Assembly (NCBI GenBank): GCA_017513085.1
Contig: JAFWDK010000015.1
Location: 142,951-206,950 of the forward strand
From: Clostridiales bacterium
GTDB taxonomy: Bacteria > Bacillota > Clostridia > Saccharofermentanales > Saccharofermentanaceae
Reading direction: 5' to 3'
DNA: 64,000 nt
The notes beneath the pieces were generated by a model. The model was not told the DNA's origin and made no database searches. It saw only the letters and a program-made list of their open reading frames with translations. The position numbers and the translations under genes were made by a program. Of the stretch, positions 31,278-42,077 are shown piece by piece. The stretch's first letter is position 1, and the number at the start of each line of letters is the position of its first letter.

Positions 31278-32444
31278 CTAGACATAGGACCGGTCGATCT
31301 TGATCACGCAATAATAATGAGGATGCACGCGAAGTACTTCATCATGTACTTTTCTGATCAATTCCCGCTCAGGTAGATCTACGTCGTGAGGCACGACCAT
31401 ATCAAAAATGAGATTGGTATGACTCTCTCCCGGAACCATGCGGAAGTCGTGGATGGTGATCCGGGGATCGATGGAACGGGCGATTTCGCGGGCTTCGTTC
31501 TGCAGACGCATGAGATCTTTGTTTTTGGTATCGATAGGGTCCATATGGATCACGGCTTCGCAGTCCAGTTCCCGGGCCAGATCCATCTCGATATTATCGA
31601 TGCAGTCGTGGATATAAAACATATCCTGGAATGCGGACACTTCCGCGTGGAGAGAAATCATCTTACGGCCCGGACCGTAGTCATGGACGACTACATCGTG
31701 GAGTCCGCTGACACACTCGTGAGAAAGAACGATCTCCGAGATCTTATCCAGAAACTCTTTGGATGGCGGGGTGCCGAGAAGAGGTTCGATGGTCTCCCGT
31801 GCGGCATTGATTCCGGAATAGAGTATGAAGACGGCCAGTGCGACACCGATATAGGCATCGACCGGAAGATCCGTAAACTTCGTGGAGATCACGGCGAGGA
31901 GAACAACGGCTGTAGAGATCATATCATTCCGGCTGTCGATGGCAGTAGCTTTCATGGCGGAAGAATCGATGATCTTGGCCCAGTGGAAGTTGTAGTACAT
32001 CATGTATGCTTTTACGAGCAACGAAGCCAGAAGGATGGTGATCGCGGGAAGCGTGCAGTCCACCGCCGTCGGATGGATGATGCCCTCGATGGAAGACTTG
32101 CCGAGTTCGAAGCCCATGATGCAGATCAGGAGCGAAACGATGAGGCCCGAGATATACTCGATACGGCCATGTCCGAACGGATGGTCCGCGTCAGGTGCTT
32201 TGCCCGCGAGGCGGAATCCGATCATGGTGATAATGGACGATCCTGCATCGGAAAGGTTATTCAGCGCATCACCGACGATGGCGATGGAGTGGGTGAGGAT
32301 ACCCATGATCAGTTTTCCGAGAAACAGGAGAATATTGAAGAAGATCCCGCAGGCACCGCTGATCTCACCGACTTTCCGTCGGACATGCGGTTGTTGGGAC
32401 TGCTTATAGTCAGGTACCAGTTTTCGAATCAGAAATGAAACCAT
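31278..32444 (-). CDS. Cation diffusion facilitator (CDF) transporter
   Basis: DALNNLSD, HPFGHGRIE, DSRND, HDYGPG, IHMDP; start reassigned to 32444. Confidence 0.9.
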   Translation of the reverse strand: MVSFLIRKLVPDYKQSQQPHVRRKVGEISGACGIFFNILLFLGKLIMGILTHSIAIVGDALNNLSDAGSSIITMIGFRLAGKAPDADHPFGHGRIEYISGLIVSLLICIMGFELGKSSIEGIIHPTAVDCTLPAITILLASLLVKAYMMYYNFHWAKIIDSSAMKATAIDSRNDMISTAVVLLAVISTKFTDLPVDAYIGVALAVFILYSGINAARETIEPLLGTPPSKEFLDKISEIVLSHECVSGLHDVVVHDYGPGRKMISLHAEVSAFQDMFYIHDCIDNIEMDLARELDCEAVIHMDPIDTKNKDLMRLQNEAREIARSIDPRITIHDFRMVPGESHTNLIFDMVVPHDVDLPERELIRKVHDEVLRVHPHYYCVIKIDRSYV

Positions 32445-32605
32445 ACGATCTCCTCTAACTTGTCCGTCTGTCGATCCCGGCATCGGATGTGCAGGATCTA
32501 TCCGCATTATTTTACTACAGAAAAAGCACTTGCTCCATGTTAAGAAGAGATCATCCGTGATTTGTTGTAAAATGGTGATATAGATTAACGAAAACGGAGA
32601 AAACC

Positions 32606-32893
32606 ATGCTTCCATCTGATGAAACAAAACTGGAACGTCTCGAGCGCCTTAGCGGGCTTTCTTTGTCGATCAAGGAACGAGAACTCCTCGCTTCGGATAT
32701 GAAGCGGATCATCGACTATATGGAGTGCATAACAAAGCTGGATATTGAAAAAACGCCGGATGTCGTGAATCCTTCTATGCAGACGCCTCTTCGCGAGGAT
32801 CTGGCGGTGTGTCCGGCCATCGCTTCCGACATTCTTTCCGGGGCTCCGGAGAACGAAGATGGAATGTTCATCGTTCCACGGACGGTGGAGTGA
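32606..32893 (+). CDS. gatC: Asp/Glu-tRNA amidotransferase subunit C
   Basis: 95 aa with LRED and FIVPRTV; precedes gatA. Confidence 0.85.
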   Translation: MLPSDETKLERLERLSGLSLSIKERELLASDMKRIIDYMECITKLDIEKTPDVVNPSMQTPLREDLAVCPAIASDILSGAPENEDGMFIVPRTVE

Positions 32894-32902
32894 GGTATCG
32901 GC

Positions 32903-34381
32903 ATGGAAAGAGAAACGATACTTCACCTTTCTGCATTGGAGCTGGCAAAGGCGATCCGCAAACAGGAAATCACATCAGAACAGGCAGTTGAAGCGGTTTT
33001 GGAAAAAACAGATAAAACTGAAACCGATCTTCATGCTTACGTTTCCGTGTTCCGTGAGGATGCTCCGGAGATTGCGCGCAAACGTGATGCCTTCGTTCGT
33101 GAAATGCCTGAAGGCACTGAATTGCCGCCGCTTTGGGGTGTTCCGGTTGCAATCAAAGATAACCTTTTGTTGCAGGGGAAAAAGACGACTTGCGGGTCAA
33201 AAATGCTGGAAAACTATATATCACCTTACACCGCGACTTGTGTGGAGAAACTGGAAAAAGCCGGCGCGATCGTGATCGGAAAGACGAACATGGATGAGTT
33301 CGGCATGGGTGTTTCTACGGAAAACTCCTTTTTCGGACCAACGATCCATCCTCTTGACCCGACACGTGTTCCCGGAGGCTCGTCCGGAGGTTCAGCCGCA
33401 GCAGTAGGAAGCGGCAGTGCTTTTGCAGCATTAGGAACAGATACCGGCGGATCTGTACGGCAGCCGGCCGCATACTGTGGCCTGTTCGGTCTTCGTCCTA
33501 CATATGGAACGGTCTCCCGGCATGGCTTAGTGGCGTTTTCTTCCTCGATGGATGTGGCAGGTCCGATAACACGTTCAAGTCTCGATCTGGCCGCGATCTA
33601 TAACATTGTTACGGGTGCGGATGATAAGGATATGACCTCGGTTTGCGCGCCTTCTGTGGACCTTTTGGCTATGAAGCAGTATTCGCCGAAGGGGAAGCGC
33701 ATCGGCATTCCCAAACAGCTTTTTTCGGAAGAGAAGATGGATCAGGAGATCCTGAAAGCCATGAAAATTGCAATAGAAGAATTGGAATCTTCGGGGGCAC
33801 GGATCGATCTTATCGATATGCCGATCCTTGATTACGCGGTTGCTGTGTACTATATCCTTTCTTCTGCCGAGGCATCTTCCAACCTCTCCCGATATGACGG
33901 AATACGATACGGATATCGGGCTTCAGACGTGAAGGACCTGGCAGATCTTTATACGAAAACACGAAGTGAAGGATTCGGGCTGGAGGTAAAAAGAAGGATC
34001 CTTCTGGGGAATTACGTACTCTCTTCGGAGCATTTTGAAGATTGCTACAGAAAAGCGGAAAAGGCGAGAGATCAGGTCCGGAGTGCTTTTGACGAAGCAT
34101 TTTCAGAGCACGATCTGCTTCTTAGCCCTACTTCGCCGATGGTGGCGCCCAAGCTCGGAGAGAGCCTGAAAGATCCGCTGGCGGCGTATGTTTCGGATCT
34201 TTGTACGGTGCCGGCGAGCCTTGCGGGGATCCCGGCGGTCAGTATTCCGGTCCAAAGCAGTACAGGTTTCCCTTGCGGTATCCAATTGATGGCCCGTAAG
34301 TTCGGCGAACAGGAGCTCCTCGGTGCTTCGTATTTCCATGAGAAGCACTGCACTTCCCTCGAAAGGAGGGGTGACGCGTGA
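32903..34381 (+). CDS. gatA: Asp/Glu-tRNA amidotransferase subunit A
   Basis: GKTNMDEFGMG, PGGSSGGS, DTGGSVRQPA, EASSNLSRYDG, EVKRRILLG. Confidence 0.95.
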   Translation: MERETILHLSALELAKAIRKQEITSEQAVEAVLEKTDKTETDLHAYVSVFREDAPEIARKRDAFVREMPEGTELPPLWGVPVAIKDNLLLQGKKTTCGSKMLENYISPYTATCVEKLEKAGAIVIGKTNMDEFGMGVSTENSFFGPTIHPLDPTRVPGGSSGGSAAAVGSGSAFAALGTDTGGSVRQPAAYCGLFGLRPTYGTVSRHGLVAFSSSMDVAGPITRSSLDLAAIYNIVTGADDKDMTSVCAPSVDLLAMKQYSPKGKRIGIPKQLFSEEKMDQEILKAMKIAIEELESSGARIDLIDMPILDYAVAVYYILSSAEASSNLSRYDGIRYGYRASDVKDLADLYTKTRSEGFGLEVKRRILLGNYVLSSEHFEDCYRKAEKARDQVRSAFDEAFSEHDLLLSPTSPMVAPKLGESLKDPLAAYVSDLCTVPASLAGIPAVSIPVQSSTGFPCGIQLMARKFGEQELLGASYFHEKHCTSLERRGDA

Positions 34382-35835
34382 GAGATTTTGAGACGGTCGT
34401 CGGGTTAGAAGTCCATGTAGAGTTGAAAACGGAATCAAAGATCTTCTGTTCCTGTCCAACGGCTTTCGGTGGTGCGCCCAATGCCCATATCTGCGAGGTC
34501 TGTGCCGGCCTTCCGGGTGCGCTTCCGCGTCTGAACCGAAAGGTAGTGGATCATGCGGTGATGACAGCGCTTGCGCTAAACTGCGAAGTGACCCGGGAAA
34601 GCCGTTTTGACCGGAAGAACTATTTTTATCCGGATCTTCCGAAAGGCTATCAGATTTCCCAGCTCTATGCGCCGATCGGACGGGACGGCTATGTAGATAT
34701 CGAGTATCCGGACAAGAAGGACGGGACTTCGATGCTGAAGAAACGCATCCGTATCCATGAACTGCATATGGAAGATGATGCGGGGAAACTGGTCCACGAC
34801 CCGATAAAGAATATTACGAAGATCGACTTTTCCCGTTGCGGGGTGCCGCTTCTGGAAATCGTGACCGAACCTGATTTCAGATCCGAAGAAGAAGTGGTGG
34901 CCTTCCTTGAACAGTTGCGCATTATGCTGAGATTCCTGGGAGTATCGGACTGTAAGATGCAGGAGGGCTCTCTTCGTGCGGATGTTAACCTTTCTGTACG
35001 GCCGATCGGTCAAACGTCTTTGGGAAACCGTACCGAAATGAAGAATCTGGCTTCCTTCCGTGCTGTAGCAAAAGCCATCGGCTATGAAGCGGCACGGCAA
35101 TGGGCGGTCGTTTCGGAAAGTGGCCGGATCCCTCGCGAGACACGGCGATGGGATGAAGAAAAAGAGATGTCTTTCCCTATGCGTAAGAAAGAGGACGCTT
35201 CTGAGTACAAGTATTTTCCTGAACCGGATCTTCCGGCGATACGGATCACGGACGAAAAGATCGAGGAGGTCCGAAAACAAATACCGGAGCTTCCTTCAGA
35301 CAAAAGAAGACGATATATTGAACAGCTCCGCCTTCCGGCATACGATGCAGGGATCCTGACTTCACAGAAACCACTGGCAGTGCTTTTTGAGCGGACGGCG
35401 GAACTCTGCGGGGATCCGAAAGAAGCTTCGAACTGGATCATGGGAGAATTCATGAAGATCCTGAATGACCATGGGAATAGTGGTGAAGATTTCGATTTGC
35501 GCCCGGATTCCTTGGGCGAGATCATCCTCCTTTTGCAGAAGGGAAGGATCTCCCGTGCTTCGGCAAAAGCACTTCTGCTTTCTGCTTATGAGGACGGATC
35601 GATTCCGGAGAAGGAGGCGGAGAAACGGGATCTCTGGCTGATCGGGGACAAGGAGGTCTTACGCCCGATCGTGAAAAAAGTCTTGGAGGATAACCCTAAG
35701 GCGCTGTCCGAATACCGTTCCGGAAAGCTTAAGAATAAACAATTCCTGCTTGGTCAGGCGATGCGTGAAACGAAGGGAAAAGCCGATCCTTCTATACTGG
35801 AAGGAGTCTTGCAGGAGTACCTCGAGAGCGAGTAA
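34378..35835 (+). CDS. gatB: Asp/Glu-tRNA amidotransferase subunit B
   Basis: VGLEVHVEL, RKNYFYPDLPKGYQISQ, HMEDDAGK, YFPEPDL. Confidence 0.96.
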   Translation: MRDFETVVGLEVHVELKTESKIFCSCPTAFGGAPNAHICEVCAGLPGALPRLNRKVVDHAVMTALALNCEVTRESRFDRKNYFYPDLPKGYQISQLYAPIGRDGYVDIEYPDKKDGTSMLKKRIRIHELHMEDDAGKLVHDPIKNITKIDFSRCGVPLLEIVTEPDFRSEEEVVAFLEQLRIMLRFLGVSDCKMQEGSLRADVNLSVRPIGQTSLGNRTEMKNLASFRAVAKAIGYEAARQWAVVSESGRIPRETRRWDEEKEMSFPMRKKEDASEYKYFPEPDLPAIRITDEKIEEVRKQIPELPSDKRRRYIEQLRLPAYDAGILTSQKPLAVLFERTAELCGDPKEASNWIMGEFMKILNDHGNSGEDFDLRPDSLGEIILLLQKGRISRASAKALLLSAYEDGSIPEKEAEKRDLWLIGDKEVLRPIVKKVLEDNPKALSEYRSGKLKNKQFLLGQAMRETKGKADPSILEGVLQEYLESE

Positions 35836-35879
35836 AATAGTGATACAAAGGGTCCTTGAGGGAGAGCAGGAAGGCGGAA

Positions 35880-38351
35880 ATGGAAGAAAAAGAGAGAAAT
35901 ATCTACGATAGAGCCAAGAGCGCGATCCATGCTTTTATCTTCCGGGAACCCGGTGCATTGGCACAGACGGCATATGACCGTCAGTGGAGAAAGAAGGAGG
36001 TTGATGACCGATCCTTCCAAATGTACCGGGAAGCTGCGGAGACAGGGCAGCCTTTTGCATGTTTCAGTGTCGGCCGTTGTTATGAAGAGGGCCGTGTGGT
36101 GGAGAAGGATCTTCAGAAAGCATATGAATGGTACCAGAAGGGCGCTTCCGGCGGAGATATCAATGCTTGGGTGGCCTTGGGGAGAATGTTTGATCTGGGT
36201 ATCTATGTCGACAAAGATCCGCAGCTTTCCCATATGTGGTTAGAGCGTGCCGCCGGTAAAGGGCATCCGCTCGGTATGATCGGAAGCGGTAAACACTATG
36301 CCAGCGGAGAGGGCGTTCCCAAAGACCCGAAGCGCGCGCTGGAGCTTTTCGAACAAGCACATGAATTGAATAAAGGCCTGGCCAGCTATGTCCTCGGAGA
36401 AGCGATCGGGGACGGGATCGGTTGTGAGAAAGACTATAAGAAAGCTTTTGAATTATTTAAAGAAGCAGACCAGAACGGATATGCTCTGGGAACGTTCAAT
36501 GTCGGCATGATGCTCGAGATGGGCCTGGGTTGCGATCAGAATAAAGAGCAGGGTTTCGAGTATATTACTAAAGCCGCGGATATGGGTGTTCCGGAAGCGC
36601 TCTATCGTCTTGCTTTCGACTATCGGGATGGTTCGGATATCGTGAAGCAGGATAAAAAGAAGAGCTTCGAGTTATTCCTGAAAGCTGCAGACAAGGGCTA
36701 TATATCGGCATGCCTGGAAGTCGGTCTGATGTACGAGAACGGCGACGGGTGTGAAAAAGACCCGAAGAAGGCATTTCACTACTATGAGATTGCGGCGAAT
36801 GCAGGATTGCATACTGCGGTGGTCTGTCTTGCCGTGTGCTATCGGAGCGGCATCGGTTGTGATCCGGATCCGGTTAAAGCCAGAGATCTTCTTGAACTCG
36901 GAGTCAAGATGGGGAATACACGTGCTTATCACCTCCTGGCGCTGACGCTTTTTGAAGAGGATCCTTACGATGAGCGAGCGGTGAACCTGGAAATGGTGGC
37001 GTCCCGAGGAGGTTTCAACCGTTCCTCTATGAAAATGGCGTCTTTCTTCCTTCAGGACGGGGAGACGGGACCGGACAAAGGAAAGGCCGAGTTCTATTAT
37101 CGTCAGGCGGCCTCTCAAGGAGATACCTTTGCTGCTTTTGAATTGGCAGAGTTGCTGAATACGGAAGAAAACCGTGGCGATGAAAAAGTGCAGAAAGAGA
37201 TCCGCCGGCTATACCGTTACAGCGCGGATGCCCACCACCCGCTTGCGGCCTACCAGTTGGCCAAAGAATACCTGTCTCCAAAAGAAGAGACGCATTCTCT
37301 TGAAACATCGGATTCGGAAAATAAAGTTTCCGGCATGCACGAAGTTTCGGAAAAGGACGAGGAACGTTATGTTCATTACATGAGCATCGCCGCGACCGGA
37401 GGAATACCGGATGCTGCCGTGGAAGTAGCCGGCCGTCATTTCTGGGGAGCCGGAATGTCGGTCAACATTCCCGTAGCCAGTGCGCTTTTTAAGTACGCAG
37501 CGGATGAACTGGAGTCAGAGGAACTTTCTGCCAAAGCAGCGATCACGAGGATCATTACCCGTTATGAGACGAAATATTGGAATATCGGGAATACGTATCC
37601 GAATAAACAGACGAAGGGCGAATTAAAGATGCCTTTGGATCCGAAGAATAAAGAAGAAGCGATGACTTGTCTGGAGCAACTGTCCACCTTGGCGGAGAAG
37701 GGAGTGGAAACAGCCAGGATCTATCTTCCGCTGGCGAAGATACTGGTGTTTGACTCGAGGCTTTCCGATCCGGAAGATACAACACTGCTTTCTGCTATCG
37801 ATACGCTTCCGGAATCGAAGGAGAAGTTCTTTTTCCAAGGACTTATCCATGCATGCCTGCATAAGGAGGATATTCCGGAGTCGATACGGCTTTTCTCGAG
37901 GGCAAAAGAACTCGGTGCTTCCAATGTGACGGTCTTCATCGGGAATCTTTACCGCAGTCTGGCTTATTCCGGCCGTAAGATCCGTAAAGAATCCCAGACG
38001 GTCCTTCTTGGGAAAGCCAAGGATCTGTACCTGGAGGCTTATCGGAATCAGGAAGTGAAGACTCCGTTGCTTTTCTATTCTTGTGTGGAAGAAGAATCCG
38101 AACGGAGTATACGGAAGATGCTCGGGATGATCTATATATGCTCTGCGCTTGCCGTGCCGTTGATCTGGCTTTTGGATATCTGGGAGGAGCGGACACAGCT
38201 ATCAGGATCTCAGATGCTGGAGAGATTGGAATATGTGATAGCCTGGGTATTGCTGTTTACGATCATCGCTACGCTGATCGTCGAAGTGATCTATCAGGTG
38301 TCCAAGATCAAGCAGAAGAAAAAGATGAAAGAGTTATTGGAGAAGAAATAA
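35880..38351 (+). CDS. Sel1-like repeat (TPR) protein with two C-terminal TM helices
   Basis: Many ~36-aa LG..Y..G.G...D..KA..Y..AA..G repeats; hydrophobic C-terminus. Confidence 0.85.
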   Translation: MEEKERNIYDRAKSAIHAFIFREPGALAQTAYDRQWRKKEVDDRSFQMYREAAETGQPFACFSVGRCYEEGRVVEKDLQKAYEWYQKGASGGDINAWVALGRMFDLGIYVDKDPQLSHMWLERAAGKGHPLGMIGSGKHYASGEGVPKDPKRALELFEQAHELNKGLASYVLGEAIGDGIGCEKDYKKAFELFKEADQNGYALGTFNVGMMLEMGLGCDQNKEQGFEYITKAADMGVPEALYRLAFDYRDGSDIVKQDKKKSFELFLKAADKGYISACLEVGLMYENGDGCEKDPKKAFHYYEIAANAGLHTAVVCLAVCYRSGIGCDPDPVKARDLLELGVKMGNTRAYHLLALTLFEEDPYDERAVNLEMVASRGGFNRSSMKMASFFLQDGETGPDKGKAEFYYRQAASQGDTFAAFELAELLNTEENRGDEKVQKEIRRLYRYSADAHHPLAAYQLAKEYLSPKEETHSLETSDSENKVSGMHEVSEKDEERYVHYMSIAATGGIPDAAVEVAGRHFWGAGMSVNIPVASALFKYAADELESEELSAKAAITRIITRYETKYWNIGNTYPNKQTKGELKMPLDPKNKEEAMTCLEQLSTLAEKGVETARIYLPLAKILVFDSRLSDPEDTTLLSAIDTLPESKEKFFFQGLIHACLHKEDIPESIRLFSRAKELGASNVTVFIGNLYRSLAYSGRKIRKESQTVLLGKAKDLYLEAYRNQEVKTPLLFYSCVEEESERSIRKMLGMIYICSALAVPLIWLLDIWEERTQLSGSQMLERLEYVIAWVLLFTIIATLIVEVIYQVSKIKQKKKMKELLEKK

Positions 38352-38354
38352 TAT

Positions 38355-38897
38355 ATGGCAGTACATGTAGTTTTATTTGAACCGGAGATCCCGCAGAACA
38401 CGGGAAACATCTTAAGGACTTGTGTGGCAACGAATACGAAAGTGCATATCATCGAGCCGATCGGATTTGAATTGACGCCCAAGTCTCTGAAACGATCGGC
38501 CTCAAATCATCTTGAAATGGCCGAATACACGATCTATAAAAACTTCGAGGATTTTGAATCCAGGAATCCCGGCACATATTTTTATATGACACGCTACGGT
38601 AAAAAACCGCACAGTGGTTTTGATTTTACGAAGGTGGAAGGAGAGATCTATCTGATCTTCGGAAAGGAAAGCACCGGTATCCCTTACGACCGTCTGGCTG
38701 CGCATCTGGATCAGTGTTTCCGCATCCCGATGTCCGGAAACTGCAGAAGCCTGAATCTGTCCAATGCGGTAGCGATCGCTCTGTACGAAGTCATGCGTCA
38801 ATTGGACTATCCGGATCTTTCATTTTGTGAAGTGCAGAAAGGAGAAGATTTTCTGGAGTCCTTCGACATCCATCCCATCGGGAAGAAAGAAGGGTAG
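38355..38897 (+). CDS. trmL: tRNA (cytidine/uridine-2'-O)-methyltransferase
   Basis: EPEIPQNTGNI, FGKESTG, RIPM...RSLNLSNAV SPOUT motifs. Confidence 0.92.
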   Translation: MAVHVVLFEPEIPQNTGNILRTCVATNTKVHIIEPIGFELTPKSLKRSASNHLEMAEYTIYKNFEDFESRNPGTYFYMTRYGKKPHSGFDFTKVEGEIYLIFGKESTGIPYDRLAAHLDQCFRIPMSGNCRSLNLSNAVAIALYEVMRQLDYPDLSFCEVQKGEDFLESFDIHPIGKKEG

Positions 38898-38899
38898 TT

Positions 38900-41005
38900 A
38901 TGCGTGATAAAGAGGAACCGGAAGGAGCGGTCGTTTCTTCTGAAAACCAAAATGGATCTGCAAGACTATGGCAAAGTCTGATTGCTTCATTCTGGCTGCC
39001 GATCGTGGCAGTCATTTCCGAATGCTGCTTCGCGCTTATGATCGGAAACCGGATAACGGTCAATATGCTGCTCCTTGCGATGAGCATGCTTCTATTCGTC
39101 TCCCTTCTGATCCTTCTTGTACCGAAAACGCGATTCCGCGTGATCTCCACAGGTATCTTCACCACGCTTCTTGCCGTTATTTACATTGCGCAGTTTATCT
39201 ACTACAGGATCTTTTCCACAATCTTCATCTGGGCCTCGCTTCAAGGGAGTAATGCCGTGATCGAATACAACGGTGTGGTGATCTCCGCTATTACCAAAGG
39301 CTGGTGGGGCCTTCTGATCCTTATGGTTCCCTCTGTTTTCTACTGGTCGTACGGACGAAAGCTGATCCGGTCGATCCCTGCCAAACAAAAGAAATACAGT
39401 ATTACGGTGGCAAGTGCTTTTGTCGCAGTCACGCTTCTTGGAACGGGCCTGGTCGTATCTGACCGTAAAGGCGCCGCCAGTCCGAGACGCCTGTATCTTA
39501 CTGAGTTTTCCCAGGAAGCGTCTCTTCGTGCTTTCGGGCTTCTGCCTACCATGGGTCTGGACTTCCGATACAATGTTCTGGATATCTCCTGGCAGGAAAA
39601 ATCGAATGTGGACATAAGCGATATTGTTATCGAGACGATCGTACCGCAGGAAACAACGGCGGTTCCAACTGTTTCCCCGACGCCTGTTCCTCCGACAAAA
39701 GCACCCGAAGCAACTCCTTCTCCGTCTCCGACACCTTCGCCTTCCCCGACGCCGTATCCGAAAAATGTTCTGGATATTGAATTTGATCTGGAAGAGGATG
39801 ACAAAGTCTACCGGCACATGAACGAGTTCTTTTCCCAGCGCGAACCGACCACTATGAACGAGTTTACCGGGCGTTTTAAAGGGAAAAACCTGATCCTGAT
39901 CACGGCGGAAGCTTTCTCCGGATTCGTCATAGATCCGACGTTGACTCCGACTCTCTATAAACTCTCGACGACGGGTTTTGTTTTCAATAATTTCTATACA
40001 CCGGAATGGTATGTCAGTACTTCTGATGGAGAGTTCGTGGAGACCACCGGACTGATTCCGAAATCCGGTGTGTGGAGTTATACGAAGATTGCCAAAAACT
40101 ATATGCCGTTTGCTTTCGGCAATCAATTCAAGGCTTTAGGATATCAGACCTATGCTTACCATAACAATACCTACACATACTACAACCGGGACCGTTCGTA
40201 TCCGGTCATGGGTTATACCTACCGTGGCCTGGGAAATGGTCTGAACGTAAAAAAGCAGTGGCCGGAATCGGATGTGGAGATGATTGAGGATACGGTTCCG
40301 GAATACCTTAACGGTCAGCCTTTCCATGTCTACTACATGACGGTCAGCGGTCATCTTCCTTATGCGTTCGGCGACAACCAGATGTCTTCCAAAAACCGGG
40401 ATCTCGTAAAAGATCTGGACTACAGCAATGGCGTGAAGGCGTATATCGCCTGTCAGATCGAACTTGACCATGCACTGGCGCTTCTTCTCGAAGAACTGGA
40501 GGCTGCCGGTGAACTGGAAAACACGGTCATTGCGCTAGGCGCAGACCACAATCCGTATGGCCTGACGGCATCCGAGTATCGGGAACTGGCAGGAAAGAAA
40601 GTCACATATCCGTTCTCTTACTTTGAGAATGCGTTTATTCTCTGGTGTGGCGACATGGAAGAACCGGTCGTGGTCGACAAGTATTGCTGCAGTATGGACA
40701 TAGCCCCTACACTGGCCAATCTTTTCGGGTTGCCGTATGATTCACGTCTTTATATCGGTACCGACATTTTAGCACCGGAACCGAACTATGTGATCTTCGA
40801 TGACAAGAGCTTCATTAATGACAAGATCATGTATGATGCGGGCAGCCGTAAAGTGACCATGCTTGTGGACGAAGAGATATCTGATGAGTACCTCAGATCC
40901 TGTATTGAATATGTGGACGAATTATTCTATAACTCGGCGCATATAATCGATAAAAACTACTATGGATATCTTTTCCCGGACGGAGTTCCCTGGCAACAGG
41001 ATTGA
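38900..41005 (+). CDS. LTA synthase family / sulfatase-fold phosphotransferase
   Basis: Five N-terminal TM, Pro/Thr-rich linker, NLILITAE, STSDGEF, TVSGHLPY, ADH, DIAPT. Confidence 0.85.
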   Translation: MRDKEEPEGAVVSSENQNGSARLWQSLIASFWLPIVAVISECCFALMIGNRITVNMLLLAMSMLLFVSLLILLVPKTRFRVISTGIFTTLLAVIYIAQFIYYRIFSTIFIWASLQGSNAVIEYNGVVISAITKGWWGLLILMVPSVFYWSYGRKLIRSIPAKQKKYSITVASAFVAVTLLGTGLVVSDRKGAASPRRLYLTEFSQEASLRAFGLLPTMGLDFRYNVLDISWQEKSNVDISDIVIETIVPQETTAVPTVSPTPVPPTKAPEATPSPSPTPSPSPTPYPKNVLDIEFDLEEDDKVYRHMNEFFSQREPTTMNEFTGRFKGKNLILITAEAFSGFVIDPTLTPTLYKLSTTGFVFNNFYTPEWYVSTSDGEFVETTGLIPKSGVWSYTKIAKNYMPFAFGNQFKALGYQTYAYHNNTYTYYNRDRSYPVMGYTYRGLGNGLNVKKQWPESDVEMIEDTVPEYLNGQPFHVYYMTVSGHLPYAFGDNQMSSKNRDLVKDLDYSNGVKAYIACQIELDHALALLLEELEAAGELENTVIALGADHNPYGLTASEYRELAGKKVTYPFSYFENAFILWCGDMEEPVVVDKYCCSMDIAPTLANLFGLPYDSRLYIGTDILAPEPNYVIFDDKSFINDKIMYDAGSRKVTMLVDEEISDEYLRSCIEYVDELFYNSAHIIDKNYYGYLFPDGVPWQQD

Positions 41006-41040
41006 TTTAGGAGCATATTCTGCTCAAGCGCTTCCTCGGA

Positions 41041-42048
41041 TCAGTTCAGGGGATCCTGCTTATTTGTTTCTGTCTTCCGGCCCTTCCGCTGCTTCTTGGC
41101 ATCAAAAAGACTCTGGTCAGCCTGCATGATCATCTCGGAGGAATCCAGCTGGTCTCCATAGGAAGAATACCCGAAGCTTAAGGTCAGGAGGATTTCTTTG
41201 TCCTCTGCGATCAGCGGTGCACGGGCCAGGGATTCCCGTATCCTTTCAGAAAGTGTCTGGGCGCCCTCGAGGTTTGTATCCGAAAGGATCATGGCAAATT
41301 CGTCGTTGCCTACTCGGAAGATGTCATCTGAAGAACGGGAACATCTCCGGAGAACATCAGCCATATGCTTTAACGCGACATCCCGATACAGAGGACCGAA
41401 TTTATTACAGAAGTCGGTAAATCCATCGATATCCATCAATATAATGGAAAAGCCGGTGGAGTATCCACGTCCGCGGACACGTGAGAAGAGCCGCATATTT
41501 CTATCAATGCTCGATTCAAAATACCGACGATTGTATAGCCCGGTAATCTCGTCGATCGTGGAAAGCTGAAGGATCTTCGAATTGAGTTCATCACACTGCT
41601 TATTCTTCTGCATCAGCTTCTGTTCGGTGTTCTTAGCAGAAGTAATGTCCTGGGAAATGCCCCAGACACCACAAACATCGCCGTTTGTGTCGATCAGAGG
41701 ATAGATGGATGTGGAGATCCAGACATCGTCTGAAAGAGACTTGGAGTGAAGAAGCTCAACATGCTCTTCGAGACCAACGACGGGGGTGCGCTGACGAATG
41801 ATCCTGCGCTCTTCTGCACAGATCTTCTCTGCCTGAGAAGGCGCAACCAGATCGGCTAGTTCTTTTCCCACAATAGAGGATGGGGAAGAGTACCCTAAAA
41901 GTCTTGCAAATGAGGCGGAACACAGTACGAACTTCCCGTTAAGATCTTTAAAAAACACATAGAAATCGACTTGATTCAGAAAGGCAGAAAAAAGCTGCTC
42001 CTTCGAGAGGGACCGGAAGAATTCGGCGTCAGATGATTCGTTTTTCAT
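41041..42048 (-). CDS. PAS + degenerate GGDEF (GNDEF) protein
   Basis: PAS with WGISQD, DEITGLYNRR, RSSD I-site, GNDEF. Confidence 0.85.
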   Translation of the reverse strand: MKNESSDAEFFRSLSKEQLFSAFLNQVDFYVFFKDLNGKFVLCSASFARLLGYSSPSSIVGKELADLVAPSQAEKICAEERRIIRQRTPVVGLEEHVELLHSKSLSDDVWISTSIYPLIDTNGDVCGVWGISQDITSAKNTEQKLMQKNKQCDELNSKILQLSTIDEITGLYNRRYFESSIDRNMRLFSRVRGRGYSTGFSIILMDIDGFTDFCNKFGPLYRDVALKHMADVLRRCSRSSDDIFRVGNDEFAMILSDTNLEGAQTLSERIRESLARAPLIAEDKEILLTLSFGYSSYGDQLDSSEMIMQADQSLFDAKKQRKGRKTETNKQDPLN

Positions 42049-42077
42049 AGTATCTCCATCTGTACAGATAAAGTCGA

